A DNA stretch of 64,000 bases, from assembly GCA_965655095.1 (NCBI GenBank), contig OZ296652.1, forward strand, positions 79,918,001 to 79,982,000. The letters are read 5' to 3'. Source of the stretch: Haplodiscus bocki (taxonomy: Eukaryota). The notes under the pieces were generated by a model. It was given only the letters and a program-made list of their open reading frames with translations, was not told the DNA's origin and searched no databases. Below are positions 12,801-25,505 of this stretch, one piece after another (position 1 is the stretch's first letter; each line of letters starts with the position of its first letter). A program made the position numbers and the translations under genes.

Positions 12801-15291
12801 AAATTCGCTGCATTGTGCTTATGATTTTTGCACCGCTTATGAGTTTGACCTTTTTGTCTCTTTCCTGGAAAAGAAACTATTGAAAGTGTTTTTGCTATGG
12901 CCGAGCTCTTCTTCGGTTAGCTGAGGCTAAAATTTTCTGTTGTCTCAAAGACTATTTAGTGGATAATGTTCGATTGTAGGATTTTCTGTCTGAAAAAAAA
13001 AACGGCCATATCCATCGAATAAATTTTGTTAAATATTTTAAAATATGGGGCGCAAATTAAGACGACCGTCTAGGCTCGGCATATTTTTTGCCGGACTACA
13101 GTGTTCTATATTCAGCTTTATCGATTGTATAAGAGAAGTGTTTCGAATCCAGTTTTCAAAGTATTTCCTCAGATATAATCACTATCGGTTTATGCATTTC
13201 TTGGCTTTATCGAATTATCAGGGCTTCAAAACTGCGTACAAAACCCGCGATATCTTTCTGAAAAAACCTTCGCAAAGCATAAAACTGTCTAGTGAGACCT
13301 TGATATCGGAAATCCAGCCGGTAGCTTTGGAGAAACGTTAGTTTGAGTATCGAGATTACTAATATACTAATAAAAAAACGCTAATAAAATGGCATTTTTG
13401 CCATTTCCGCCCACGAGTCTTTTCAATGCAATTTTTACCGAAAAACCTTCTACATATAGAAATTTTCAGATTGAGTTCTTGATAAAAGTAGTTCAGCCTG
13501 TTAGTTTTGAAGAGAAATGAGTTTGAACATAAAGATACGTATATGCACCTTTTGTCATTTTCGGCCCACAGATTTCCAGTGCAAGGCACAAACGCAATAT
13601 TTTGAATGTTTACAAATAGAAAAGTGTCGATTCTTTCCTACGCGAACATCATCTTTTGAAGACGCCCATACCAAAAATTTTCATGACACCCCCTCATTTC
13701 GAGAATATCCCGAAAAGTTTCAATGACGCGGTTATCAAGTATTGTCGTACATGCCAAAAATTCTGGTGATAACCCTTTGCAAAATCCAAAATTTCCATAA
13801 GCAAATGCCAATTTTCTTCTACTACACTTACCAGTTTGTGTTTGAAGTCCCAAGAGTCCTGTGCGAAATTAGTGGGCGCTGAAAAAAAATCTGTAAAAAA
13901 TCATAATACTGCATTTGATTGGATACTGCCTTGAACTTAAACATTTTAAATTTTAGGTGTCACGTCTCTTTTAGTTAGCCAACGGCCAAAACTAATCGGC
14001 GGAAAATAATTAAAACGACGATCCTGTCTATTGAATAATTTTTCTTCCATATTTAAAATAAGCAGCAAAGTCTAATAAGTACATCCAGTCCTCTCCCTTT
14101 AAATATTTTCAAAATTTTTCTCAAATTTTGAAATCGAAAACTTAATTTTTGAAAGTTGGAAATTTTTTCCAAACACTGAATATTAAAATTCTTGTTAAAA
14201 AAGTGAGTTCATCTCGTTTGACAGAAATTCCTGTTCAGTGTCAGCACCAGGCGGAAGGAACAGTACATATAACTGTTTTAGTCACTTTTTTCTGACGGGG
14301 GGGGGGGGGGTAGTGAGCAATTCATTTTTTTACGGTACTTGTTCAAGAAATGTTTTTGAGCTTCAACAGAATTTTTCAATCATTTTTTAAATAGTGAAAT
14401 TTAAATTTGCAGTTTCCGAACGAATTGTTCGCTTGAAAAAATTAAAACTTGTTCAAAATAGTTATCTCGATGAACAACGCTGAGCATGGGACAAGTTCCA
14501 TTTTTGTTTTTTTTTCGAAATTTTTTGCGTCTGCTTCCAAAAATTTCCACACTTGGTCCAATTTATTTTGCATATTTTGTTTGATGTTTTCAATTTTTGA
14601 GCAACTGATTTCAAGAAAAAAACTGGGCTTGAAACATCTTTCAAAAGTTCACAAGAAAATAATTTATAGTATTGTTCATTTTGCCTCAGATTATATCTTT
14701 CCCACAGGAGCCTACTTTTCTAGAGGACATTAACTGAATGAAACAAAGTAAAAGTTCTCATAAGTCCTAATTTGTTATCATCAAATTGCTGAATTATTAT
14801 TTATCACAAGATGGTTTTAATTTGTTCCAAAAAAGTATAGAATTGGAGGAAAAGTCATATGAAACGTCATGACCGGGAAAGGTGTTTAAAAATCAATATA
14901 TTCTGAACCTCATTAAAACTGTTGAAAGCGTAGAAAGAAGAAATCACTTTGTAACAAGATGATAACCGCCAAACTGACGCCAGCTAACCGTTTTGGTTTC
15001 CACCTAAAGAAAAACTTTGTTTTGTATGTATTAACGGGTCTTTTCCCAAAAAGAAACAGAAAAGTTGAACTTTAACATGTAAAACTCGTCATCCGTTCTG
15101 AACAAAATTATCATGAATAAAACAATATCATTCTGTTTCGATGTCTAATGGTACCAAGTGTTTCTGGTTACCCAAAACTGGACACTCCGTTGAACTTCAA
15201 TAGTTTTGAATCGAATAGGGGCCAACTTGTGGAAGATATTCCCAGCTAGAAATTTTGCAAATTTCTCTTTTTATATCCTTTGGGTATCGAG

Positions 15292-15806
15292 CAGTGAATT
15301 GAACACGATATACGAACTACCTAACGTTTATACGAAAAATGAAATATAGTTCCGAAATACGTATACGAAAAAAATAATGATGCGATTTATTCGATTTTCA
15401 TTGCGAACTTATATTATGAAAGGTCGTTTTTGTGAAATCCTGCAGTGTTGCGGTCAATCGAACGAATTGATTTCGAAAAAAAGCATTTCTGCGACACATC
15501 CATTTAGCTGAAAAAAAGTCATTATTTTCCGCCTTTATTTAATAAATATGGAAGAAAAATTATCATCCACTCAACGCGTGTATTTTTTACGTTTACTTGT
15601 GATGTTTTACGTTTAATTAGCGACGGAAATTGTGCCGGAGCTAGTCAGGTGCCTAGTTTTGCGAATCCTGCAAATTTTTGAGGCCTGTTTTGTTATATGT
15701 TATACGAGTACATGTACGATTCAAAAATAGGACATAAATACGAAATGAATGTTATAAAATATAGGTTTATACGATATACGAAATTCAAAATATAGTCAGT
15801 TCACTG
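15292..15806. mobile_element. hAT-type MITE
   Basis: TIRs CAGTGAATTGA / TCAGTTCACTG. 8-bp TSD gtatcgag (15284-15291) vs gtattgag (15807-15814), 7/8 identical. Subterminal TATACGA repeats; a Helentron-like fragment is nested at ~15525-15625. Confidence 0.75.
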
Positions 15807-17067
15807 GTATTGAGGCTTTCAAAATTGTCAAAACCTTTAATAACATCCTATGTAAAATTCAGAAAACTTTTGCGGTTTTCCTCGTGAAAAAATCCTTTGA
15901 GAAATGGGACTCCAAATTTGCTTTGTTTAGAATGTCACAATATTTGTTCAGAAAGTCATCTACCTAACATTACAAAATTTTCTATCTCCGTTCATCTAAT
16001 GCATTTTTATCGTTAAATGTAATATTTGCAACGACAAACTCAAATTTACTTTCTAGAAAATCGTAGTACCATCGATGCTATGTGCAACCCTATGTATGTA
16101 ATACTAAAATATCATAATAACAATGGTCCAAATAGATGCTGTTAAAGATTCCATGCGTGTTAAAACTGGATAATTTCCCTCTTTTTTGACTTTTTTGAGC
16201 TCTGCATATTTTTAGTGGGCACATTTTTGTGATACCCCGGCTTATATATCTTGACCCCCACGGCAGCGCCGACTGGAGTGTTCCGGGCTTCTTATTAGCC
16301 GGCGCTTTTGTAATTCTACTGAAAAATCGCGATTATTATAATACTTAGTTTTTTGACGGAAGAGAACTCACACGACGTTTCTTTTTCAAGAAAACACAAA
16401 TTTTACAGCTTGACTGGTGGTATCCCATAGAAAGGTAGAAACTACCAAAAAACCTCCCTCAATATTTAGAAATGGAGTGTTTCGAGATACTTTGTCAAGT
16501 GTTGATCCTATATCCTGGAACATAGGTCTCAAAATGGCTAATATTTTCCATAGGAATAGCAGAGACCTCTAATGTTTTCCACACTAGATTTTGGTTGCGG
16601 CCACGAAATTTTTCTATTGGTTTTCTATAAAAACAAAACTTGAAAATCGAGCCACTTGAAAATATTTTGTCATCTTTCAATCCTATATCGTAAAAAATAG
16701 GCCTGAAAATCACCACCATTTTGCTGCAAAAGAAATATACACCAACGTACTGTCTACTACATTTTGGTTGCCGTTAGAAATTTTTTCAGTAGACTTGTGG
16801 GCGAAAAAAATACATGAAAATCGATGGATTTTTGACTATTTGAGGAATATTTGTCGAAGTTCGATATTATAGTTTGGCAGAGAAATTCTAAAATTACCAA
16901 TATTTGGCGGATGAATTGGAAGAAGAAACCAATGTGTTGCATACTACCTTTTGACTGAAGTCAGATTTTAGAATTTTTTCAGAAGGTTTTTCGAGGAAGG
17001 AAGAGTTAAACTCGATGAATTTTTGGAATGTTTGAAAACATTCAGGCAAATTTCACTCGTATACACT

Positions 17068-18834
17068 TGTCGCAGCACGTCTGCGAAGCCTGCGGACAGA
17101 CGATCCCAGCAGTAAAGGACATCCCAGGTCCATCAAGCAGGAATTAGAAACTTGAAAACATTTCAAACTTATCCACGAACTTTTAGACTCATCATTTATC
17201 CATTTGAACACTCAACGCATTATGTAATCATTAATTCATATTTAAGGATACGTAGTAGATACGTATCCACCTAGTACGTACACATGTAATTTATGTGGAC
17301 GATACGTAGTAGTTACGTATCGTCCCATAATATTTATTCCATGTAAAAAGCACGTATCCGATACGTGTAATTCTGGTGAACTGATCCTTATTGGGACGGA
17401 ATAGATGCGGAGCAAACGAATATTCACTGTATTTTTTTTATTAATTTTAGGTGCTATTTTATATAATTAATCTAACTAATTGTTATATAAATCCACCTTT
17501 TTGATTGTGCAGTAATCTATTTAGATTGACAGCTTTAACAAGTTTCAATAGCTTGACTATTGAGAACAGAGCTTGACTTTAAAATTGAATATGTGTTCCG
17601 GATGTGTTCCGTCGTAACTAATCTGGTGACGTCACTAGAATTTCAGCCAATCCGTTGAGCTACTACGCCGTTTCACTTTGGATGGACACGGAACGTCTAC
17701 GTAACCACCAGAATCATTCTCCTCAGTAGTACTGCGGAAGGCAGTGCTACAAGCGGCTACGTAGCCGCCACGGAACGCTCCGGCCAAAGTGAGGCCTGAG
17801 CTAGTAGAAACGTGGAACGGGCTACGAAATACGCCTAGTTTGTTCCAAACGGTGGTTTTAATTGATGCAGCATGTAATCATGAATCTTTTATATTATAAA
17901 CCTCATTTTTCCGTACTTTAGATTATTTTCGATTGTATTATGGTTTTTAATCCTTGTATGGAAATACCTTTGATCTTTTGTTTTTGTTTTATTTATTATG
18001 TCGGCGCGGGAATAACCACTTTGATGTCCATTTCCGACGGATCGGACCGTACTTTTTCCTGTCGAAAGATGGGAAAGACGCGGTCCGTGAGGGAAGAAAT
18101 GGACGGAAGGGTGTTTATTTCCCGCCAGAGTCGGCATCCTTCCCTTTGATAAATAATATGATTAAAGTACTTTTCCCTATTTGTACCTTGATCTGGCGTC
18201 CAAACAATTATGTTTCCCGCCAAGGAAAGGTATAAATAGGAGAAATAAAAGTACAATTATTATTATATAAGTTGTAGCCTTTCGGTATTGTACCATTCTT
18301 TAAAAATCATTTGACTGTTTGTATTCATCAAAACCTTCTCCCTCGTACTAAGAGGACATCGTTACTGATAATAAAGATAAAATTAAATTCAGTCTTCATC
18401 ACTGACAAGATTTTCCCTCAAGAAATATGGCAACATTGAGAAACAGGAAGAAATTAGCGGCAGTTTCAAGAGAACCACCTGAAGGCAGTAGAAGCAGTAA
18501 AGGACAGACTGTACTTGACCCTGAGTTAACCCCAGATTACATCTCCCAAGTCTCCGAGGAGATTGAGGGGAGGGTAACCAAGAAACTCTCTAAGGAATTT
18601 AGCAGAACGGAGTCACGTATCTTGGGTGCATTGTCGAAACTTGACGAGTTCCTTCTGAACCCACAAGTTCGGACTTGTTCCGTAGCTGTTCAAGGAACGT
18701 CCGGAAACGCTAATTCAGAAAACCGGGAAACTCATGGGGATCGCTCCTCAAACGATCCCTACCCCGAAGTGGGGTATTTTCCTCATCACTCTGGTCAACT
18801 CAATAGCCCATGGTGACCGAAAACTACCCTCACA
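17068..18834 (+). mobile_element. Solo LTR (1767 bp) of a Ty3/Gypsy-like retrotransposon
   Basis: TGTCG...TCACA termini with a perfect 5-bp TSD ACACT (17063-17067, 18835-18839). TATAAATAG at ~18231 and AATAAA at ~18370. Confidence 0.8.
18427..18816 (+). pseudogene. N-terminal fragment of a gag-like ORF lying inside the solo LTR
   Basis: 129-aa ATG ORF (MATLRNRKKLAAVSRE...ISQVSEEIEGRVTKKLSKEFSRTESRILGALSKLDEFL) with a coiled-coil-like segment, downstream of the TATA box. It terminates ~18 bp before the LTR end. Confidence 0.6.
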
Positions 18835-19399
18835 ACACTGGAATATCATTGTATAAAACCAAGACTTTTTACAGGAACACCGATGACACCAATTTTTCTC
18901 ATACTACTTTTTGTTTGTGGTCAGAAAGTTTTTCGCTCGTTTTTTTTGCGACTACTTACTTGAAAACCGAGCTACTAGAGGATGTTTTGAAGTTTGAGTG
19001 CTTATCCTGAAGTGTAGGTCTAAAAACGGCGAGACTCAAGTGCTTTACATACTAAATTTTCGTTCCGGCCAGATTTTTTTCGATTAGTTTTTTTTGGAAA
19101 AAAAGGATTTCAAAATCAGTGTAATATGAAGACACTTTTTTTTCAAATACAGCTCCTAGCTTTATATCAAGTCCTTGAGTCACCGCAGTTTCAAGTAGAA
19201 AATAACAGTTGTTTTTTTTCTGGAAGTCTTACCACGAATCTAGTATTAGGCTCCTCAGTGCCTCTGTTATCATTTTTCAAGCTCAATAATTTTTCTTACA
19301 ATGCAACCACTTGAACAAGAGTCGCAGTCGCACTGCGACATTTTCCGTCACTGTGGCGCATGAAAGATTAATCGAACATACAAAAAAATCATTTATATA

Positions 19400-21830
19400 T
19401 AAAACAACCTAATTTTGACAAAACACATCTCAATGTAGACTTTGTCGAAGAATTCGGGTTGATAGCTTTAGAGAAATATAAGTTTGAAAATCGACAAAAT
19501 AACTATAGGAATTGGAACTTGTCTTATGTTCAGCCTATCAGCATTACAATTTAAGAGACACAATCTGAGCTTGTTCCATCTAAGAGTCTTCTAAAAACAT
19601 ATCACCGTCAATTCAGACCTTGCTAGAAGAACTGAAATCTGTAGTTTTCGAAAAGAACGAAATGGAATATCGAGATATCTCAATACCATAAAATTTTTGC
19701 CTTTCTTGGTCCTTCACGGCTCCCATTCCGATTCAGATGAAAAAACTCTTGTTGCGCAGAAACGAATAATCTGCCTCAAGTAAAAAATTCTCAATCAACA
19801 GTTTGATGGAAAAGTGGACCAGGTAGAGCAGAAGAATTTTGAGTTTGAGCAACGCGGCATGTTAAGAATACTAGCACCTTGTGGCATATCTCGTACATCA
19901 AAATTCCACTGCATGGATAAAATTTGTCGAAAATGATGATTTTCAGTTGAAAAATCCAATGGAAGTAGAAAGAAAGTATTAGATTGAGACCTTTCTGAAA
20001 GAAAACAAGTCAATAATTTTGGAGAAATACGAGTTTGAATAGCGAGATGAGTCAATATTAAAAACGTTTCTGACATTTTTGACACCAAGATTCTAATACA
20101 GGAAGAGAATCTATTGTTTTTAACCCAAATTTCCTCAAAAAAGAAAAATCTTTTGAATAACACCGTTGTGGAATAGTTCAATCCTGTAGTTGTGGAAAAA
20201 TAATTTCGATTATGGAGATTAATCAATTTTAATAGCAGTTCGGCATTCTTGGACTATCTGGATTCCGACGCAGTTAACAAAATCAAATATTTTCAAATCA
20301 GGTTTTCGACCAGAAACAGAAAGTTTTAAATTAGGACTTTGGAGCTAGAAATCAAGTCAGTGGTTATGGAGAACAATGCGTTGGGGGTATAGAAGAAATG
20401 TCGAAAATAATACCGGTGGCATTTTTGAACTATCAAATTTCTAACGCAATGAAAAAAAACAATGCTTTTCCAATCCAAAATTCATCTACGATTAAAGGAC
20501 TGTTCAATGAAATCTGATTGTTAAAAAAAGCCGGTAGTGACGGAGAGAAAAAGAGTTTTCTATCTCCTGTTGAAGTAGAAATTAGCACGATTTGGAAACT
20601 TCGGACGAAGAGAATTCTGATCCAAATAACAAAATGAACGACTTTTAGTTTTAATTCTCCTCCAAAAGTGTAAAAAATTTGACAGAGACGTTGAAGGACG
20701 AAATCAAACATGTAGTTACGGAGAAATATGAGTTCCATTATGGAGACGAATTGAAAATGTTAGCAAATTTAAAATATGCGGACTATTAGAATTCTGAGGC
20801 AAGGAGTAAATTGAATGAGTTTTTTTTCAATACTTCGGCACAAATTCAAGGCTTTCTTTTGAGACCTTTCTGGAGGGAATCAAGCCTGTGGTTACCGAGA
20901 AGAAAGAGTTTGAACGGCGAGATGAATCAATGTAAATAGGGTTTTTTGATGTTTGAGGCTGTCAGAATTCTGATCCATGGATGAAAATGAGTAAATTTTC
21001 AACCAAACCCGACTCTCCAAGTGTTAGTTTTTCGATTTAGATTTTGATGAAAGAAATCAAACTTGCTGTAACAGAGAAACATGCGTTCAATAATCAGTAT
21101 GAATCATTAAAAATGGCTATTTTTAGTATTTTCGGACTATCAGGATTTTCATGGAAGGATTTTTAAAAACTATTGTTTGATCGAATACTGTTCTACAAGC
21201 TGAAAGTTTTCGATTTAGACCTTGCTAGAATTCAAACCTGTAGTTACATTGAAATATGAATTTGAATACAGAGATATATCAATATCAAAAACACTTTTTG
21301 AAATTTTTGGACTATCAGGATTTTGAGGCAATGATCAAAAGAAATGACTTTTCAATCGATTGCTCCTCTGCAATTGTAAGCTTTTTGATTGAAATCAAAC
21401 CTGTAGTTAGTGAGAAATATGAGGTCGAATATCGATTGGAGTCATTAACAATTGCACTTATTATAGTCTTTGGACTATCAGGGTTCCGATGCAGGGAACT
21501 AAATTGACAACTTCTCATTGGAATGGATTGCCACAAGTTGAAATTTTTCGATCGATACCTTGGTGGAAGAAATCAAGCCATTAGTTGTGGAGAGGTGAAT
21601 CGTTTGAAAATCGAGTTTTTTTCCATAAACTAATTGCACTTTTTTGCTTTACCGGTCTATCAGGATTCTCACGCAAGTAACAAAATCATTCATTTTTCAA
21701 AAGATTACTGTTGTCTAAGTGGAAAGCTTCCGATTGATACCTAGATGAAAGAATTTCGCCTTTTATATTCAGAGAAAAGTGAGTTGCAACGTCAACAAAA
21801 CTCAAAACTAATTGCGCTTTTTTGTATTCC
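19400..21830. repeat. Degenerate ~176-bp satellite-like tandem array (~13-14 units)
   Basis: Unit gaaatcaaacctgtagtta..gagaaatatgagtttgaatatcgagat...ttggactatcaggattctga recurs at ~20700, 20877, 21052, 21228, 21391, 21569 and upstream. Confidence 0.85.
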
Positions 21831-22065
21831 CTCAATGTGGGGATCACGGAACGATGTGTTCCAGTAGAAGTACCTTCGAATTAAAAGTATTCTTTGACCC
21901 TGAAAAAAGTGGGATAGTGAAGAAACTGATCCCCAAAATTTGAAAATTTTGTTCATGTTTTTACATCTATAGTTACTTAGAATTTTGTCGGGAAAACCCT
22001 GTTTTTTGTTATTAAAAATTAAAATTGTGTTAACGAGAATCTGAAAATCGGTTAAAAAAATATGG

Positions 22066-22118
22066 CCGATGGTGGGATTCGAACCAACAGTGTCTGAATT
22101 CCTAACCACGGTGACACC
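22066..22118 (-). repeat. tRNA-derived fragment (B-box)
   Basis: Minus strand ...gacactgttGGTTCGAATCCcaccatcgg; incomplete cloverleaf. Confidence 0.4.
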
Positions 22119-23662
22119 TGACACATATGTATTATACAAAACACCAACGTTTCTGCAGACACTTTTGCCCGTCATGGGCAAAATCACAAAAAGGAAAAAA
22201 AACTCCGACTACTGAATTGAATATTTTCCTTTCGATTTTTTTGCGACGGAAAATAACTAAATATTTTTTAAAATAATAATAAATAAAAGAAAATACAAAA
22301 CCGCAAACCCCTGCTTAAGAGTATTAGCCTGTGCCATTCAACTCGACTGTTTTTAGTCCGTGCTTTAGTTGTTACTAAGAAACCCGACTGTAGGAGCATT
22401 TTTATTTTTTCTAAAGACGGCAGACCTCACTCTGTATACGACGTTTCTACTTACCTCAGCGACGTTTCTACTTACGCTTTCATATGCACCAATTCTGGCA
22501 GTTTTCCTGAAGAGTTTCAGCACTTTGTAAAAACAAGGATGAAATCCACCAGGGCAAATAGTTTTTATCATGTCTTCGAAAAACCAAAACGGTACTTATA
22601 AAAACATATAAGACGTCAACCAAAGTGATATTACTTGTATTATTTACGAGTTGCGTATTAGTATATATTTTATACTAGTGGAAATATGAAAAACCCAAAT
22701 AGTACTAAAGTGGTTTTACCGAATGTCATAGCTGCAGGGATTGATTATCGCCACTGGAAGATAAGAGAACAGCTGCCGCTGTTTCCGCAACTTTCGCTGT
22801 TTCCGCAACTTTCCCAAGAAGAAATCAAATCTTTCCGCTTCAACTTGAGTTCGTCTCCCATGGCAGAAAAAGTACGTTCTACAGAACACCTGCGCCTTGT
22901 CTAATTATCTGGTATTTTAAAAGCATCGCATTTATCCAACTGGTTTCCATGTGAAAGTGCACCTTCACAAAATCTATTCTGAATAATCAAATGCAGTATG
23001 ATTGCATGTTACAGACAAGAGTATCAAACTTCAAGTCACTAGTTGCTGAGTAGTTAATTTCAAACCCGCTAAATTACTACAGTGCTTTTCAGAATTAAAA
23101 TAAGTGGGTATGCTAAAAATTGTCACTATGATATGCTCATTCCAAAAACTTTTCAACTTTTTCAGAAACAAGATAATTTTTCCAAAATCTGCATCTGAAT
23201 AGGTCAAGGTCAAACACAGTCGTTTTGAGATATCAAAACATAATTATAAATTTCTTATTTGATGTCATATTATGGCAATTCTGTTGTCCATAAAAATATC
23301 GCCCTTCCAAATTTGCACACACAGGCTGTGCAACAACAAAAGTGGAGACGGCTAAATCGAACTGCTAAATTAGGAACCACTGGACCCTGATTAACGGTGC
23401 TGCAATCCTTTCAGCGTGATGCCAAGTGAAGACTTTTCTTCTGTATTGCGCATTTCGCTAGAAAATTTCTTTACCTCTTATCCTTCTCTGGGAATACTCT
23501 CTCTCGTATCTTGTACAATTTATTTTTTTAAAATGAGTATATTTTTGTATGAAATATAACCTGGATTGATCACCCCAGAGTTAACTTACTAAGGTCCTGG
23601 TAAAAACTCTGTCAGGGAAGGATAAAACCCACTATAAGACCTTGCCAAAACTGCTCTTGTAC

Positions 23663-23666
<4 letters not shown>

Positions 23667-23735
<69 letters not shown>

Positions 23736-23749
23736 GAGAGAGAGAGAGA
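23667..23749. repeat. (GA)n microsatellite
   Basis: ~40 GA units with two interruptions, seen directly. Confidence 0.98.
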
Positions 23750-25159
23750 ACTTAGTAGTTATCGCTGGCTCTTACTAAATCCTAGTAAGTTTTTCCTGGC
23801 CTGTAGTATGGTCTTAGTTATCTGTAGTCCCAAAGATGTAAATTTGAAGTTTTGTTGCCATTTTTTCAGTTCAACTATTTAGGAACGTCAAACGCAGTTG
23901 ATGATCCTGTTTCTGAGTATCGTGTGACAAACCGGGAAAGGACCAAGTTGCTGGGGCGCGACCCTTAATGCTCGAAATATTGGTGGGGGAGCTATTTGAG
24001 ATTTAGGTAAAATCCGGTTTCCAGAAAAAAATCAGAATTTCAAAAAATTCCCTGAATTTTTCAGAAAAAACAATGTTGCACACTGCTTTACCTACAGTAT
24101 TCTCACAAGATGAGCGTGAATGAACCAAGCAAGCAGAAAAGTGGCAACAGTAGTGCAGAAGATGGAAACTTCAATAAGGTGTTGAAAAATACAAAAAGTC
24201 ACGGCAATAGTAGTGCTCGTTAACACGCGCCGACTAAAAAAGTGCTTTGGTGAAACATATATCATCTTGCCCAAAGAGACCAGATGAAGTAAGTCAAAAT
24301 AAAAATGGTGATTTTTAGTCGGCGCTTGTCCTAAAAAAAGTGCCTAACAAATAGTGGTTTTAGTTTTTTTCCCTGTGACACGAAGTGTTCGGGGAGACAT
24401 GAAAATTTTCAGCATACCCATTAACTTCAGAACCAGATTTACTGGCCAGGATCGCAAAAAGAATGTTTACAGAATCTTTTTCCGGTCCAAAATTTTTCCA
24501 GCGTGCCCCCCCCCCCCTCTTACATATAAGTTTTTTTACAAAGGCATATATCGAAAATCCTGAAATAGTGACTTGCTTGTATCAAATATCGTGCCAAAAA
24601 GTCCCTCTACGAGATTTTCAATTTTTCAAAGAAAATTTGGATTGATTTTGACTCAAATTCTGACGATTTCATTACCAGAATGAACATTATATTGAATTTC
24701 TTCTCCAAAAAAGATACTATTTTTTAAAAGCACGGGATCCCCATTGATTTTTTGAGCCTTCCAGGCGGCGCCGGCTTGGGCCGTTCCGGGCTTGTTAAGT
24801 TATTGTCAGACGAAGTGAATGGAATAATCTTCATAGAAAGTCTCAGTTTTGCGTAGAATGCTAAATTTCACCTCTGGGAGGGCAACCCGGCGAAAAGTCT
24901 TTTACGCAAACAATTTTTTTGTAAACGGTTTACATTGGTTGAAGAGAGTTTCTGTGTGAGTTTAGTTCGTTATTATAAAACGAGAAATAATTTTCTTCCT
25001 TCTCGAGAATTTTGAATTCCCGTTATTTTGTAACTAACACTTTATTGTTGCAAGCCCCTAATTATATCGCTTCAATTCCTTAGTAGCATTAGGTAACTCT
25101 GAACTCGACCACACAGCTTAAAGATCCTTATCGTAGACTTTTATGCTTATTTATCATCA

Positions 25160-25505
25160 TTTTCCGCCTATATTTAAATATGGAAGCAAAATCATCCACT
25201 CAACGCGTGCGTTTTTTTATGTTTACTTGCCAATTGAAAATGTCGGACGGTTCTGAATTTGAAAATTTTTCATCACCAAATTATAGCAAATTTGCCGTAG
25301 AATGTTTATCACATGATATTGTTTTTTTAAATGTCTTTTTTCTACGTAAATTGAGGTTTTGCAACAAAAATCATGAAATTTTTCAAATTTCGAAAAATTA
25401 GAAAATTTGATTGAGTTTTTTGTCCAAAAATAACGCTTTCATCCTTCTAAAAAGTATCTTTAACAAAGTTGGAGGGCAAAAAATATCCCAGCGGTAGCCG
25501 GGTAT
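25160..25505 (+). mobile_element. Helentron/HINE-like repeat copy
   Basis: Same family as 37905-38390: ttttccgcc.atatttaaatatggaag.aaaatcatcc ... ggagggc.aaaa ... ggtagccgg. Confidence 0.6.

Noticed and set aside
17873-18407. Shorter TGT...ACA LTR boundary
   Set aside because: No flanking TSD; the 17068-18834 boundaries have a perfect ACACT duplication.
19400-21830. CRISPR array or coding repeat protein
   Set aside because: Whole units are degenerate with no constant repeat/unique spacer pattern, there are frequent stops and frame changes, and the context is eukaryotic.
22066-22118. Functional tRNA gene
   Set aside because: Only the T-arm/B-box is recognisable; no complete cloverleaf.
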